The notes: generated by a model not told the origin, from the letters alone. DNA of 64,000 nt from Paragordius varius (GCA_964247055.1 OZ176054.1:4402001-4466000); one strand, 5' to 3'; shown: positions 1-17,100, numbered from the stretch's first letter. A program made the numbers and translations.

Positions 1-33
1 AATATTTGAAACTATCTTATAAAAAAATTATAG

Positions 34-2747
<2,714 letters not shown>

Positions 2748-3899
2748 AAGGGAATGAATAAAAAGCAACTCCCATGTCTCAAAAACGCACACCAAATTAT
2801 ATTTACCACCCATATATTATTTATCATTATTAATTTAAAATAACGCTTATGACTTTTTTTTGTGGTTGAAAATAAATTATTATGAAATTCAACATGGTTA
2901 TATATTGCAATTTTTTAACAAAATTTACTAGGTTGGTACCCTTACAAGTTAAACATTTTAAGCGTTACCCGAGTGACATTTAAAAAAAACTTTAGGAACT
3001 AACGCAGTTTTGGTGCCATATTTTTTAAATAAGTTTTCCATATCAAATAATATTTGATAGATGATATTTTTATATATTTATTATTGTTGTGTATCATTTT
3101 TCTCTTTTACGGAATCTAGAGATCGAGTGCATCATTAAGTTTTTAATTGTAATAAAATTTTTGAATAAATATAAATTTTTGCTTTTTTAAAGCAGTTATA
3201 AAAAATCGCACTTTGTCTCTCCCAATCGTAAAGCGTATTTAATGATAAACCGAAAATGGCACTTGTCAGATCTTATTTCACACAATTCGACATATTCTTT
3301 TGATGTCAAAAGTACAAAATTTTTAACCACAATGCAAATCATTTTATAAGTAAATAAACGTCTTTGTGAGTGTCCATGGTTATGCGTTGATAGAGTAAGA
3401 TTCTTGCATCGCATAATCATTTTTTTCACGCCAAAGTATTAAAATCCACCTAATTTTTGAGAGCTTTCCAAGAAAATTTAATCTAATAAATTTTTTTTGC
3501 TGTGAAGTAAATAGTACAAATATAAATATTTTCCTTCATAATATCTATTTTTATCACAAACGAATTGGCTAAAATATGGTATTTTTGGACAATTTAGATC
3601 GAAATAATATCTTTACTGCTTATCCCTAATTAAGATTTTTATAATCATTATACCAAAGTTTTAGGTATATTTATTATAAAATACAAATGTTAATTTATTA
3701 AGCCACAGTATGATAATCGTTATAAATAATTATTTAAGTCTTATTTATTTAATATAAATGTTGTTAAAATAAATTTACTAATTATATATAAGTTCATATC
3801 AATATTGTTAGATTACCTTAGTGTATAAGAAAATAAATAATAAAAAATTTATTAAAGCATGCTGATATTGCACAAAAGCACATATATTTTATAATTTAT

Positions 3900-6499
3900 T
3901 TAATCTTTGATTCGATTTGCTAATTCACGATATATCAACAATTGATCCTCATGACTTAACATTGAGATGCTATTGAGTATTTTTTCTATGCTTGGTAATC
4001 TATAAATAATATGATTTAAATAAGGTAAAAAATCTATTTATCGTTTTAACATAAGATAATACCAATTTTATATTAACAATCATGATTTACGCTTAAAATT
4101 TTAATCTAGTTAAGATACAAACATAACATATACTTATTAAACTTTTTTATTTTATATTTAGTTACTAAATTCTTTGATTATAAAATCCCTAAATTTATTA
4201 TATGATTGTTATTTTTACTGAATGTGGTTTTAATTGGGCTGCGCGCGATGAATTATATTTGATTCAATCAAAGTGATTTATGCACATATGCATGCGAAAA
4301 CATATATATGTGTTTTTTTATACAATTTATATATATATATATAAAAATTAAATGAATTAACTTATAAACAGATTTCGAGGTTTATATGCTGTTTAAATAG
4401 AAAATACAGGAAAATAAGAATTATCACCCATAAATCTAATATATTATCTTAGAATTTTTATGACCAAAAATAAAATATTAAAACAATATGCGTATTTTTC
4501 GGTTAAAGGATTGGTGATATTAAATATAGAGCAGATATTAATAATTACTTGATAAAACTAGAGTAATAAACATGGACAAAAGTAGCCATCAAAACTTGAC
4601 AATCAAATCTATCCATCAATCCACCGTGACCTGGTATGGTATCGCCAAAATCCTAATTACATTAAACCGTAAAACAAACCTTAATTTTGAAGGCTCTCTT
4701 GAAACCACTGGCAAAAAAGCCACCAAAAGGTCCAATTATTGACCCAAACAAAGACATAGCCAATGAGTGCAATTGAAAAGGGTATATAGTCAACTTGTTT
4801 GATGGGATATGAAACTGACATATATAATTTAAAAAAGGGAAAAATTAGTTAAATTACAAAATATGTTTAAAAAAAATTATTTTATCCAAATATAAATATG
4901 TGTTGCTTTTGTTACCTTTTGAAATAAGGGCTGTAAGTTTTTGTGAAATGGAATCAATCTTGGTTGAAAGACAGGGCCAGGCGTACAATCAGTGATGAAG
5001 GAATCAATACTAGCGTTATATCCCGTAGGACATATCATGTATTTGTATTTGCACAAATATCCTGACAACTTTATAATTATATAAGAAATAACCCATCTAT
5101 AAAATATCTAATTAAATATACATTTTAAACGATAACATTTTTTAATAATTAAAAAAAAGTTATAAAGCAAAATTATGTTATAAATATGTAATTACTATTT
5201 AGGTTTTTAATGCAGATTATACAAACCCTTTAGGTTAATTTAGGTTCATATAATGTATAATTTTAACTTTTTCATTAGATTTTTTATGCAAACAAATTAT
5301 AAGCCCATTCAAATTATTTGGCTACTTTATTTAATTTTGCATCTTGGTTCTTCCAGTTTTCTTTATTTTAATATTTCATAATATTTTTATTTTCATTCCT
5401 CAAAGATAAATTATTTCTTACATGTCAAATGGGATTTAAAAATAGTTATATGCCATAATCTGTATTTTATTCGTTATTTTAAGAGCCAATAAATGATTTT
5501 AAAGTATTCAATATAAATTAAAAAATGATTACAATCCATCCAAATATCAAAGTGGTTAAAAACCCTCCAATATATCCTTCCCAAGTCTTTTTGGGGGACA
5601 ATTGTATGAGTGGTGTTTTCCCAAAAAAGAAACCGAATAAATATGCCCCGATATCGTTACAAATAATGATTGACACGGGAACTAAAAACCTAAAAAATGA
5701 AAATTATATCATTAGTTGAAAGAATAATGATTAATAAAGATAATCTAATTAAATACCATATTAGGCCTTCAAATATATTTTGAGCCAAGAGATGAGATTG
5801 TATGACAATGATCATTAAAGTAATATGAGTCCATGCAAACTATATATACATGTATGTTTTAAACTAAATTTACCAATGAAAATTGTTTCATGTAAAAATT
5901 CTTTTTCAAACTCAACACAAATATCATGATACCAATGGTGTACAGGGCAAATGATATAAACCGATGATATGTTATGAAAAATCCCAAGAGATTCTACAGT
6001 AGGTTAAGAAAATTTTTTTTACTCGGCCTTTAATAATAGCTCCAAAATATTCAACAATACTTTCCCCATAAAAATAATAATTGGATGTGATTAAAAAGTA
6101 CCAACTAAGGGTACGAAACCATGGAAGATTATCAACCGAATACACGGCATAACCAATCGCAATTATTTCGGCAAAACATTTTAATTGAATTATTTGGACC
6201 AATAAAACTAGCGCCAATGGACCAGAATATATAACTAAAATAAACGCAGATATCATCAATAGAGTGAAAAGGCCACGTATGGAATAGTTTTTCCATCTTT
6301 ATGTTTAAGTAAGATATTTACCTTGGTGATAAAAAATTTAAGTATTTATTCAATATAGTATTGTCTGATGACTGTCCTATAATATTTGCAATCTTCTTTT
6401 CATCCACATCTTGAATTATAGTTTCTTCTTCATCAGCACTCAATTTTTTATCCAAGTTCTAAAAATTATTTTGTATTGTACTCTTTTAACCACGGGCAT
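3900..6499 (-). CDS. CDS: Phosphatidate cytidylyltransferase (CDP-diacylglycerol synthase)
   Basis: Spliced exons give MPVVKR...RWKNYSIRG...[11 protein letters not shown]...LSPKKTWEG...[38 protein letters not shown]. Last exon 3999-3900 reads LPSIEKIL...RIKD*. Confidence 0.95.
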
Positions 6500-6882
6500 C
6501 GTTAGAAACCAATGTTAGAGATCTAAAAAGAAAAATGCTTGATTACGTCAAAAGTTAATCACATACAATAATATATTAAATCGGCTATAAAAAATATATT
6601 TATCCCAAAGCTTATAACGCAATTTTTACATATTTAACAATGACAAAAAATTTGTTGAAATATTATTTTAGCTTAGATTATTACAAAAATGCAAATAAAA
6701 ATACAATATACCTTTTGGCAAATAGGTATATCTGATCCAGGATCAGTTTTAAAAGATTAAAGAAGAAAAACAATAATCTAATTTGAGTATTGGACCATAA
6801 ACTGAAGGAGCAGCTGTTAATTTTAATTTACCATATGAGCTACGTTTGTATTTTAGCACTGGTTTTTATGACAAGTGGTTAA

Positions 6883-7433
6883 CATTTCGATTCAAATTGG
6901 GGTATCTAAATACCCCAGACTAAATTTAAATTAAAATTTTTAAAAAACTACTGAAGGAAACGGTCCCAATTTAAATTTATGCTTCTATCCATAAATATTA
7001 TATAAATATGCCAAAAAAGTTCCATCTCAAACTACTTCGATGCCATTTTTACTTTGCAAAAATTTTGCAAAATATCGTCTTCATTAAATTTTAAGGGTAA
7101 AACTAAAGCTTATTTTTTATATAAATCACATCTAACATTGATAGAAATAGAAATAGCGGTTTATTTTATATTATCTTTTAATTTTACAATTTGACACATG
7201 TCAAGTTGACTAAATTTTTACCTTTCAGTTTTAGCTCAAAATAAGTAATATCAAGTATTTTTGAATATAATTTTTTATATATTTGGGTTTATTAATGTTA
7301 TATAAGTGCAAAATTTTACCATGGTTTTGATTACTTCCATACTTTTTAAAGTATTTGATTTTAAACAGGCCTGGGGTACCCAACTACCCCAATTTGAATC
7401 AAAGGACTAAAAGGAGTGTGTTGCATCCAAGTG
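6883..7433 (+). mobile_element. TTAA-flanked piggyBac-type MITE, family A (copy A1)
   Basis: Starts TTAA|CATTTCGATTCAAATTGGGGTATC and ends CAAGTG|TTTAA. Colinear with 9525-10089 and four or more other copies. Confidence 0.75.
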
Positions 7434-7519
7434 TTTAACCTTAAATAAAAATATTTAAAAAAAATACTAAAAGGTAGCGCCAATTTAAATTTATGATTGT
7501 ATTATAATATTAAACACAC

Positions 7520-7745
7520 TGCTGGTAATATAAATAGATGAAATATATATATCTGATGGGAAAATTTGTCAGGATTATAATGTGCTTTAAATTTTCGTCA
7601 TTACGAATGATACAAGAGTTTCACTTTAGTTGTAACTACCCATATGGGAAAATAATTTGCGCACATTTTAATAAAAATAATTTTTTGGTGTATGCTAAAT
7701 GCTTTATTCCAATAAATATTATTATATATTCTATCTTAGGATAAA
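7520..7745 (+). repeat. Dispersed repeat family C fragment
   Basis: Similar to 31560-31770 and 49125-49330 (GGAAAAT...CAG(G/A)ATT...ATG(G)TGCTTT...TTACGA...AATGCTTT). Confidence 0.55.
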
Positions 7746-7774
7746 AGCAAAAAATTCTAGATTTTGCGATTTAA

Positions 7775-8283
7775 CACTTGGTCTTTTCACTTTTCCGCGA
7801 TGACATATTAGGTTAGTTTTATATTCCAAAGCTCAATCTAGTAAATTAACTTCTGTTTTGAATATTATAAAAATTTTGTTATTGATCATTGAACTCATGG
7901 ATTGGATAAAAAGTTTATATTTTCTCTAGTTTTGTAACTTTTAGCTATAATTAATTCTGCTTCTAAACACGATTAAATAAACTCCAATTTTAAAATAACT
8001 TAGCTTTAAAAGTAACCAAAAAGCTTACTTTAGTTTACTAGTTTAAATTTTCTAACCATAAAATACATTTATTTCCCCATTGTATTAGCGATTAAAAAAA
8101 TTAAAGGCAAAAAATGGGTAAAAGTTCATGAGGATTTTACAATTTTACATTTTCTAAAAAAAATTAATGGAGCATGGGCCCTAAACGCTAAAGAAAGTAT
8201 AGATTTTAACTAACCTAATACCAAATATACACAATTTTTAGACTAATTCTTCGAATGCTTACACTGCGGTCAAAAGAGGAGTA
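7775..8283 (-). mobile_element. TTAA-flanked MITE, family B (reverse copy)
   Basis: The reverse complement matches 10361-10844 and 35814-36300 (GTAAAATCCTCAT, AATAAATGTATATTATGG) and ends GACCAAGTG|TTAA. Confidence 0.65.
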
Positions 8284-8750
8284 TAAAAATAATCCTGATG
8301 AAATATATGCATTGTGTTGATTGTTATTGTGCTTTTGTTTCTCCCTTACGATTGAACAGAGTTATTCTTTTGCTGTAACTGTTTTATATAAGAAAATGAC
8401 AAAAACATTTTGCATAAATCTAAATTCTAAAAAATATACTGATATACGAGTTATTTAGGAAAGGTATTTACCCTTTTATGGTAGCTCCATATAAAATGGG
8501 AAAATTTATTCAAATTTTGTTGATAAATATTTTTTGTAAAAGCTAAATGTTTTCTAGCCCAAAGCCTAAAGTCGTTATTGTCTTCAAAGTTCTTCTCCTC
8601 TATTAGATAATAAAAAATAAAATTTTACTGGCTGCAAAAGTTAAGCAAAAACTGATATAAAAAATGGAATGGATTGAAACCATGGCAAAAATTTGCTCCT
8701 TTATAACATTAATGAATTAAAATATATAAAGATTTAAGCATACTTGATAT

Positions 8751-9260
8751 TGTTGTTGTTGAGCTTGTGTCAGTTATCGACCATTAGCGATTTTGTAGAA
8801 AAAACTTCCTCCATTCGGTTCTGTTGTGAGCTTTTAGAGATAGTTTTTGCAGTGACAATTTGGAAAGTGATAAGATTTCGTCTACCCAGCTAATACGTCT
8901 GCGTCCTCTTCCTCTCTTACCATTTACTTTTCCTAACATAATATCCTTTTCCAAAGAATTGCCCCGAATAATGTGTCCAAAGTAACCGAAATTTTGTTTT
9001 ATTATTTTACCCCGAAGCCTTGTTTGTGTGTTAATTTTATTCACAATGTCGATATTCTTTATTTTGTCCTTCAATGTTATACCAAGTATTTTTCTTCAGC
9101 AAAACATTTCAAACGCGTTTATTCTTATTTAGTCTTCACTTTTGATAGTCCAGCTTTCACAACCGTATAACATGATAGGAAAGATTAATGCATTTACTAG
9201 TCGGATTTTTGTTTTAAGGGTTATGTCATGAGATTTCCATAACTTCTAGTGTGAGGATAG
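8751..9260 (-). mobile_element. RTE (BovB-like) LINE, 5'-truncated 3' end
   Basis: Reads TKIRLVNALIFPIMLYGCESWTIK...AFEM...YFGHIIRGNSLEKDIMLGKVNGKRGRGRRRISWVD...WRK with stop codons, followed by a (CAA)n tail at 8751-8760. Confidence 0.9.
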
Positions 9261-9524
9261 AGTACTTATTTTTAATTAAAACCTCAAGGTAAAAATTTAG
9301 TCAACATGACATGTGTGCACAAGCTAAATTTAAAAATAAAATAAATAGACCACTCTTTCTGTTTCAATCAATGTTAGATGTAATTATAATAAAAAATTAG
9401 CTTTCATTTTAGCTTTAAAATCAAATAAATACGATATTTTACAAAAAGTTTCTAAAATAAAAATGGCTCGTAGTTGATATAGAGCTTTTTGTTCAAAACC
9501 AAATCTTTAGATATTTCGGCTTAA

Positions 9525-10089
9525 CACTTCGATTTAAATTACGGTATCTAAATACCCGAGACTAAATTTTAGTTAGATTTTTTCAAAAACTACTCAAGGA
9601 AACGGTCCCAATTTAAATTTATGCTTCTTTCCTAATAATTATATAAATTGCCAAAATATCTAAATCGAATTTTGTTTTGAAAAAAGTTCCATATCAAACT
9701 ACTTCGACGCCATTTTTATTTTACAAAATTGTCGCAAAATATCGTCCATTTATTATTAAGGGTAAAATTAAAGCTAATTTTTTTATTTAAATTACATATA
9801 ACATTGATAGAAATAGAAAAAGCGGATTATTTAGTATTTTTTTCAATTTTACCATTGCACACATGCCACGTTGACGAAATTTTTACCTTTCGGTTTTAGC
9901 TTAACATAAGTAATATCAAGTATTTTTATATAATTTTTTTTATATATTTCGGTTTATTAATGTTCTATAAGTGAAAAATTTGCCATGGTTTCGATTACTT
10001 CCATATTTTTTAAGGAATTCAATTTTAAACAGGCCTGAACTATCCCAATGTGAATCGAAGGACTGAAATAAATTTGTTGTATCCGAGTG
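9525..10089 (+). mobile_element. Family A MITE (copy A2), nested in A4
   Basis: TTAA|CACTTCGATTT ... CCGAGTG|TTAA, with a TTAA duplication at 9521-9524 and 10090-10093. Confidence 0.85.
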
Positions 10090-10360
10090 TTAATATAATT
10101 TTCATTAGGATAGAAGCATAAATTGAAATTAATACCGTTTCTTTCAGTAGTTTTATTAAAAATAAAATATAAACATAGTCTTGGGTATTTAGATATCCCG
10201 ATTTGAATTGAAGTGTTTACAAAGCATATTTTGACCCAATTTTAAATTAATGTCAACCGCATTTATCATTTAAAAATTCATAATCTTGAAGCATTTAACT
10301 ATCAAATGATATGATTCACCTACATTATTTTCTGATCCTCATTGCAGTTTTATTCATTAA

Positions 10361-10844
10361 CACTCACCCGTTGGGATAGTGTTATATCCCAGAGAGATTT
10401 AAAATTTGAATATCTTAAAAAGTATATATAAAAGGTATTCTTTAAAAATTGTAAAATCGTAAAAAAATCCTCATACCAAACTTTATGCCGCCATTTTTAC
10501 TATAAATTTTTTTAAATCTCTAATTAGGGAAATAAATGTATATTATGGTCAAAAAATGTAAATAAATCACTTTCAAAAGCTTTCTGGCTATATTTTACAA
10601 AAATATTGATTTTAATATCAACTGTGCGTTTTGATTGTTTTTAGGAGGTGTTAAATTTTAGACTCTAGAAGTCACAAAACTTTAAAAAGAATAAACTTTA
10701 GCTAATGCGAGAAACCAATGTTTGATAATTTAATTAAAACTAAAATAACTTTTAAAACTGATGTTTATTTATAAAATTGAGCTTTGGGAAACAAAACTAC
10801 CTCAAAAGGTAAACTAGGACAAATAAGTAAAAAGGTATGAAGTG
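10361..10844 (+). mobile_element. TTAA-flanked MITE, family B
   Basis: TTAA|CACTCACCCG ... GGTATGAAGTG|TTAA; colinear with 37069-37574. Confidence 0.8.
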
Positions 10845-11150
10845 TTAACAAACTCAATAATATCAGCTATATAAAAGTTTTTAATTCTCAAATATTGACC
10901 CAATATGTGCCATGATTTTAAAAGATATTGGTGCGATCACAAAAAAATTAGATAGGAACATTTCATATCACTCAAAAAACTTATTTAGCAATTTTCGCTA
11001 ATAATTGTTTTGCAGTACCTGTCATAAAATATCATTTTAAGTAAATGATCATATTGCCTTTGTTTTTTTTTATTAATTTATCAAGGCACCTAAAAAAATG
11101 CTATCTTTTATGCGACCTTTAAAATCTTTTTTTACCATTCATTTTTTCAC

Positions 11151-14100
11151 ATGGAAACTCAAAAATTTACCGGGGCCTTTACCCAAAAAATTATTAAAAC
11201 GATATTGTCGAATAAAGATGTTGATTCAAAAAATGTGAAAATTGATGACATTAATCAGTTAACTAAATTAGACCAGAGTCTTTTTGAATTACATTTTAAA
11301 GAAGCAATATTGTCATTTAAAGATCTCACATATATTATCAATCAAAAAAAACATTGGTTTAGCAAATCATCCAAAAAAACCATATTATTAAATATTAAGT
11401 AAGTTTTTTTTAATATTAGTGGTATATTTCCTCCAGGGGTCAATGCGATAATGGGACCTAGCGGGGGTGGAAAAACCTCGTATCTATTTATTTAATTTGT
11501 TCAGATTATTAACCGTTTTAGGTGGACGTCGCGAACTAGATGGTGTCGAAGGATTAATTCTTTTGGATGGAAAGCCTATAACAAAAAACTTTAAAAATGA
11601 ATCTGGTTTTGTAACCCAGGTATCCATATAAATATTAATTTTTATGTAACAGCGCTAATTTTTTTATAATATGATAAATAATTTAGGAAGACGTGTTGAT
11701 GGGAACTTTGACTGTGCGCGAAAACATTATGTTTTCTGCTTCACTTCGTTTATCAACAAAAATACCTTTGCACAAAAAACGAGAGTTAACCAATACCATG
11801 ATTAACGAATTAAATTTGGAAAAATGTGCCGATTCTAAAGTATTTTAAACATATATATTGTATAATTTAAGCAAGAAAAAAGTTTTTTATTTTCTTACAC
11901 TTAATTTATAACATATCACTATTATCCATTTTAAAGGGCCCATACAACTAATAATAGGGCGACTTTTTACTGTGTATAAACAATATTTTTCCAATAATTC
12001 AAATGCTATTTAGGTAGGTACGGAACTCATTCGGGGAATATCGGGAGGTGAAAAGAAGCGAGTTAACATCGCCATTGAATTGGTGACAATCCCATCCGTT
12101 TTATTTTTGGATGAACCGACGAGTGGTTTGGATGCAGCCACTGCTGTTTCCGTCATGCAATTGCTCAATAAGTAAATTACATTTAAATAACTTTTTTTGG
12201 CTTGACCCCGATTGTCGGAAAATATATGGCATATTTTGGAATTAAGATTTTAAAAGTAATAATACTTTGGTTTTATTTTTTTCTGTTGTAGTTTATACAA
12301 ATTTAAATGACATAATTATAATTATTTGTTGCAAATCATACTCCAAGAAAATAATTCCTTTTCGTTTATCTTGGTTAATAATACCCAACAATATATTTTT
12401 TAAGATGATAAGGTAAAAATCTCCTGCGTTGTATACTTATATATATTCATTTTAAAAAAACTTACACGAATGGGATATGATCTTAAAATTTAATTTTTTT
12501 AATTGTATAATATTAACATTGACATAATTCAATAACTTAAATTAATTTTCGTATTTTATTATGGTCGCAATAAAATTAGATTTAAGTTTAAGCATATATT
12601 TGAGAATAATTGAGATCTGGCTGTTACCATATCAATATATAATCTTAAAACATTTTTTTCGACATGCGCCCACTCTTATAATATTGGAAATTTGATTGGG
12701 GATTAATCATTTATAATTTTATATAATTATTATTGGATAAATTAACAAATTTTATATTAAATAAGTTTTTTTACAAAATATCTTCTCAAGTTCCAGAAAA
12801 TGATGTGTAGATTACCAGATTCTATATTATTATTAGTCATGCATTTACCTAACATTATTTTTACGTCATTCCTTTTATACATTTCCACGAAAAAAATATT
12901 TTGCAGAATATTAACCTTAAGCAATATGTTTGTATGACACACTAAATTGTAATTTACAATTAAATGCTAATACCTATGTCGTAACAATGGTATTTTATTG
13001 GGAAAATTTGTATTATCATTGTTATGTCTAGATTTGTAAATCAATAAAAGAAGATTTTGCCATTTTTTATAGATTATTTTTGAATATACATTTTTCCTTT
13101 GACTTAAATATTTGGATTATTATTAATTGTTCTGCCAATTAGAATTATTGATGTAATTTTCAATTTATTATAAAGATAGCGGCTATTTGACGTATTAATT
13201 AATGAAGATCTTTTTTAAGTTAAATTATAAAATTAATTTTTATATTACGCCTAAAACATATATAAATAAGATGTATTATTTATTTAGTTAGAGTGATGTG
13301 TTGAAATATTGCGATATGTAATATATAAAACTTTATTGTTTATTAGACAAATTAGTACATATCTTTTTTATTAATATTTTACTTATTTTCCAACGAGTAT
13401 AAATTAATACCTCTATTGTTTTTTTTCAATTCATATCAGATATGTTTATTTTGGACGTAATACATATCTCGATTAATTATTTTTATTTTTTGAAAAAATT
13501 AGATTCGGTAATAAATTCAAAAAATATATTTGTCTTCAAATTTTTTAACAACAACTATATTTTCAATACACTCAATATTTATCAAACCTTATTTTACCAA
13601 TCAATTTCAGATACCGTAAAAACAATGTTGTTATAAAATTATTGACTTAAGGCACCTTTTTTACAATCATTTTTTAATTTGACTTTTTTAAACCAAAATA
13701 CACATTAAGAGATGCATTAATTTTGCTTAAATGTACAGTAAAAACAAAATAAGAATATTTTGTTATTAACACTTAAATACAACACATTCATTTCAGTCCT
13801 TCGATTCAAATTGTGGTAGTTGTATACCCCAGTCCTGTTTAAAATTAAATTCTTTATAAAATATGGAAGGAGTCGAAACAATGGCAAAATTTTGCACTTA
13901 TATAACATTAAGAAACCGAAATATATAAAAAATATTATTCAAAATTACTTGATATTACTTATTTTATAGCGAAAGGTAAAATTTAGTCAACGTGACATGT
14001 GTGCAATGATAAAATTGAATACAAAATAAATCGCTTTTTATATTTCCATCTATATTAGATGTAATTTAAACAAAAAATTAGCTCTAATTTTATTTACCCT

Positions 14101-17100
14101 TAAAATTAAATGAAGACGATATTCAATCCCGATCATGCACAATAAAGACACATTTTTGCCTAAAATATATTTACATTATACCTCTTAGCCCTCAGCGATT
14201 GGGAATCGTCAAGTTGGTGTAACCCCATATATTTTAGGGTTTTAACGAAAACCCGGATTCGTCGAGGTAGTATATTTTATTTATTTGTATATTTATGGGG
14301 GTGTTTCGTTCTCGGGGCTTCAAAATACAACGCTTCCGTGTGATTTTGGCTATTTTCATCAGTTTGATTAAAGTAGGTTTGGAAACCTTTAAATTTTCTG
14401 GTACTTGTTCTAGAATGTCATCTATTGTGGTTTCGGGATTTACTTTTACAATATTTTGAACCAACTTTATTAGTTCAGAATTATCATATTTTCCTTTTCT
14501 TCCTGTCTTTTTAGGAACCTTTTCAATGCCCAATACCATATTTCGTCGAAATTTGTTGATAATATAGACCTATTTTAATCCTCAACAAATTCCTTCGAAG
14601 GCATTTCATTATATATGGGATTTGAAAATGTTCTGTAGGCTTTATTTTTCTTCTCAGCAGTCCAAAACTGAAATAAGTCACCAGTTTCTTCATTGACTAA
14701 TTGTTCGTTTCGCAAAATGTTCAACAACTGGATCTTGTTATAAAAAAGAACGATACCTTGACTCTCAGATCGTACAAATTGCTGAGATAAGTCACTAATT
14801 TCTTCATAGACTAATTGTTCGTTTCGCTCAAAATGTTCAACAATTGGATCTAATTATTAAAATACATGATAATCTTTTACTCCAAATAATATGCTGTCCA
14901 GTATTTTTATTCCGTTTATAAGGCAATCATCTATCACCATCCTTGTTATATGAAAAAAAATTTGTGTAAAACTATTCTTTCCAGTGATAGGGCCATGGTA
15001 ATGGTATGGACTACTGAGTAGAAAAATAATGCCTACAGAACATTTTCAAATCCCATATATAATGAAATGCCTTCGAAGGAATTTGTTGAGGATAAAAATA
15101 GGTCTATATCGGTCATCAACAAATTTCGACGAAACATGGTTTTGGGCATTGAAAATGTTTCTAAAAAGACAGGAAGAAAAGGTAAATATGATAATTCTGA
15201 ACTAATAAAGTTGGTTGAAAATATTGTAAAAATTAATCCCGAAACAACAATTGATGATATACTAGCACAAATACCCGAAAATTTAAAGGTTTCCAAGCCT
15301 ACTTTAATCAAACTAATTAAAATATCCAAAATCACACGGACACGTTGTATTTTGGAGCCCCGCAAACGAAATACCCCTATGAATATACAAAAACGGTATG
15401 AATACGCATATAAAATGCAATATATACCTTTAAATAAAATATATTACATCGACGAATCCGGGTTTTCGTTAAAACCCAAAGATATATGGGGTTATGTGGA
15501 CGATTCCCAATCGTTAAGGGTTTCCAAAGAGGTATATTATAAATATATTTTTGTGTCCTTATTGTTTTAGAGCTTATGATGGCGAGGCGTTTAAAACATT
15601 TTTGCAGGAGAGCCTGCCAATGTTACCACCTGATGCAGTTATTGTGTGCGACAATGCGCCAATTCATAAAGCTGCGGTGGTTGGGGATTTAAGGAACAGG
15701 CTTGTTTTCTTACCTCCTTATTCCCCTCAACTCAATCATATGGAAAATCTTTTTCATGAAATAAAATTTTATTATTATAAAACACCTAGGTGTAAAAATT
15801 ATTTAGAACAACACCTTCGAATAATTCGTTTATTTGGGGAACGCAAAAATAAGACATTAAAAAATATTTTAATTTTTGTCATGATATTTTATTAATTACT
15901 GCTTTGAAGCGAAAAATGAAAACAATTATAGATATAGTTTTTATTAATATTCTAATCTCATTCGGAGGTGTTTTAAATTATATTTATTATCATATTTTTA
16001 TACATAATTATTCATAAATTTTTTAGTAAATTTTTATATTTATATAATTTTTTTAATGGTTGCTTTGAGTCGAACTTCAAATATTTTAAAAAGGCTCTTA
16101 AATCAGTTATTTGCAGCTTGGTTAAGGTTCTATCATCATCCTTGTTATAAGAAAAAAATTATATGTAAAACTATTCTTTCCAGTGATAGGGGCATGGTAA
16201 TGGTATAGTACACATACTCAGTAAATGCCCTTTTTTTTCCTTTTTTCTTAATAGTAAAAAAATAATTATAAATTAATGGGCATGGTAATGCTTACTTGTG
16301 CACCATAGCCTTTTGTTTTATTCTTTATAAATATTCATTTTTTTACTCCTTATATTAATTTTTTACTACAAATATTCGTTTATTTAATCCACTGTATATG
16401 CTATTATGAGCAAAGTGTAACAATGTTTCTATGACCTCTCACAAGAGACACTCTCTTACACGACAGTTATTTGGGTGTTCATGAATATTAATGTAATACA
16501 CCGATAAATTATAAAAAAAATATAAGAAAATATATTACAAAATTGTACCCAGGAATTCAATACTACTTGTGATAACATTTATTCTTCATATGTTACTATT
16601 GTATGTTTAAGCAAGAATGAAAGCACTACGATAGCGGAATGAATTTTTGGACCTTTTTATAAGATTTCGAGTAAATAAGGTCGACTGTAAATAAGTCTTG
16701 ATTTGCGATATTTTCCGCCAGTCAATATATGGTTCAAACTTTTGTGTTTTGTTATATAACTCGTTTGAGAGGGCCATAACTAAGGTATATTTAAAACTGA
16801 TTTGAGCAATATTATTTGTGCTAAATTTATTATCTAATTTAATAAAGTTTTTTAAGAATTCTCACTTTTCACCATATAATATGTTAAAAACCCTAAATAT
16901 AGAAAACATGTTTTTATTCCTGCAATTTTATCAAAAAATAATTTTATCAACATTATATATCTTTTACAGATTATCGAATAAAGGATGCAATATAGTTATA
17001 TCTATTCATCAACCAAGATATGAAATTTTTAAAATGTTTGATTCCCTTATACTACTATGCAATGGGGAGGTGGTGTACCACGGATTCTCATCTTTTGCCC

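Larger units (their letters stand above)
8650..10215 (-). mobile_element. Family A MITE (copy A4, reverse) interrupted by an RTE LINE and by copy A2
   Basis: Segments 8650-8750, 9262-9520 and 10094-10215 join into a reverse-complement family A element ending GAATTGAAGTG. Confidence 0.65.

Noticed and set aside
3196-3429. 77-aa minus-strand ORF between aconitase and CDS
   Set aside because: No motif, no splice structure, and an alternative start codon.
6710-6862. Minus-strand LKYKRSSYGKLKLTAAPSVYGP, resembling a THAP AVPTIF motif or an extra CDS exon
   Set aside because: No upstream C2CH residues, and it cannot be joined in frame to the CDS gene.
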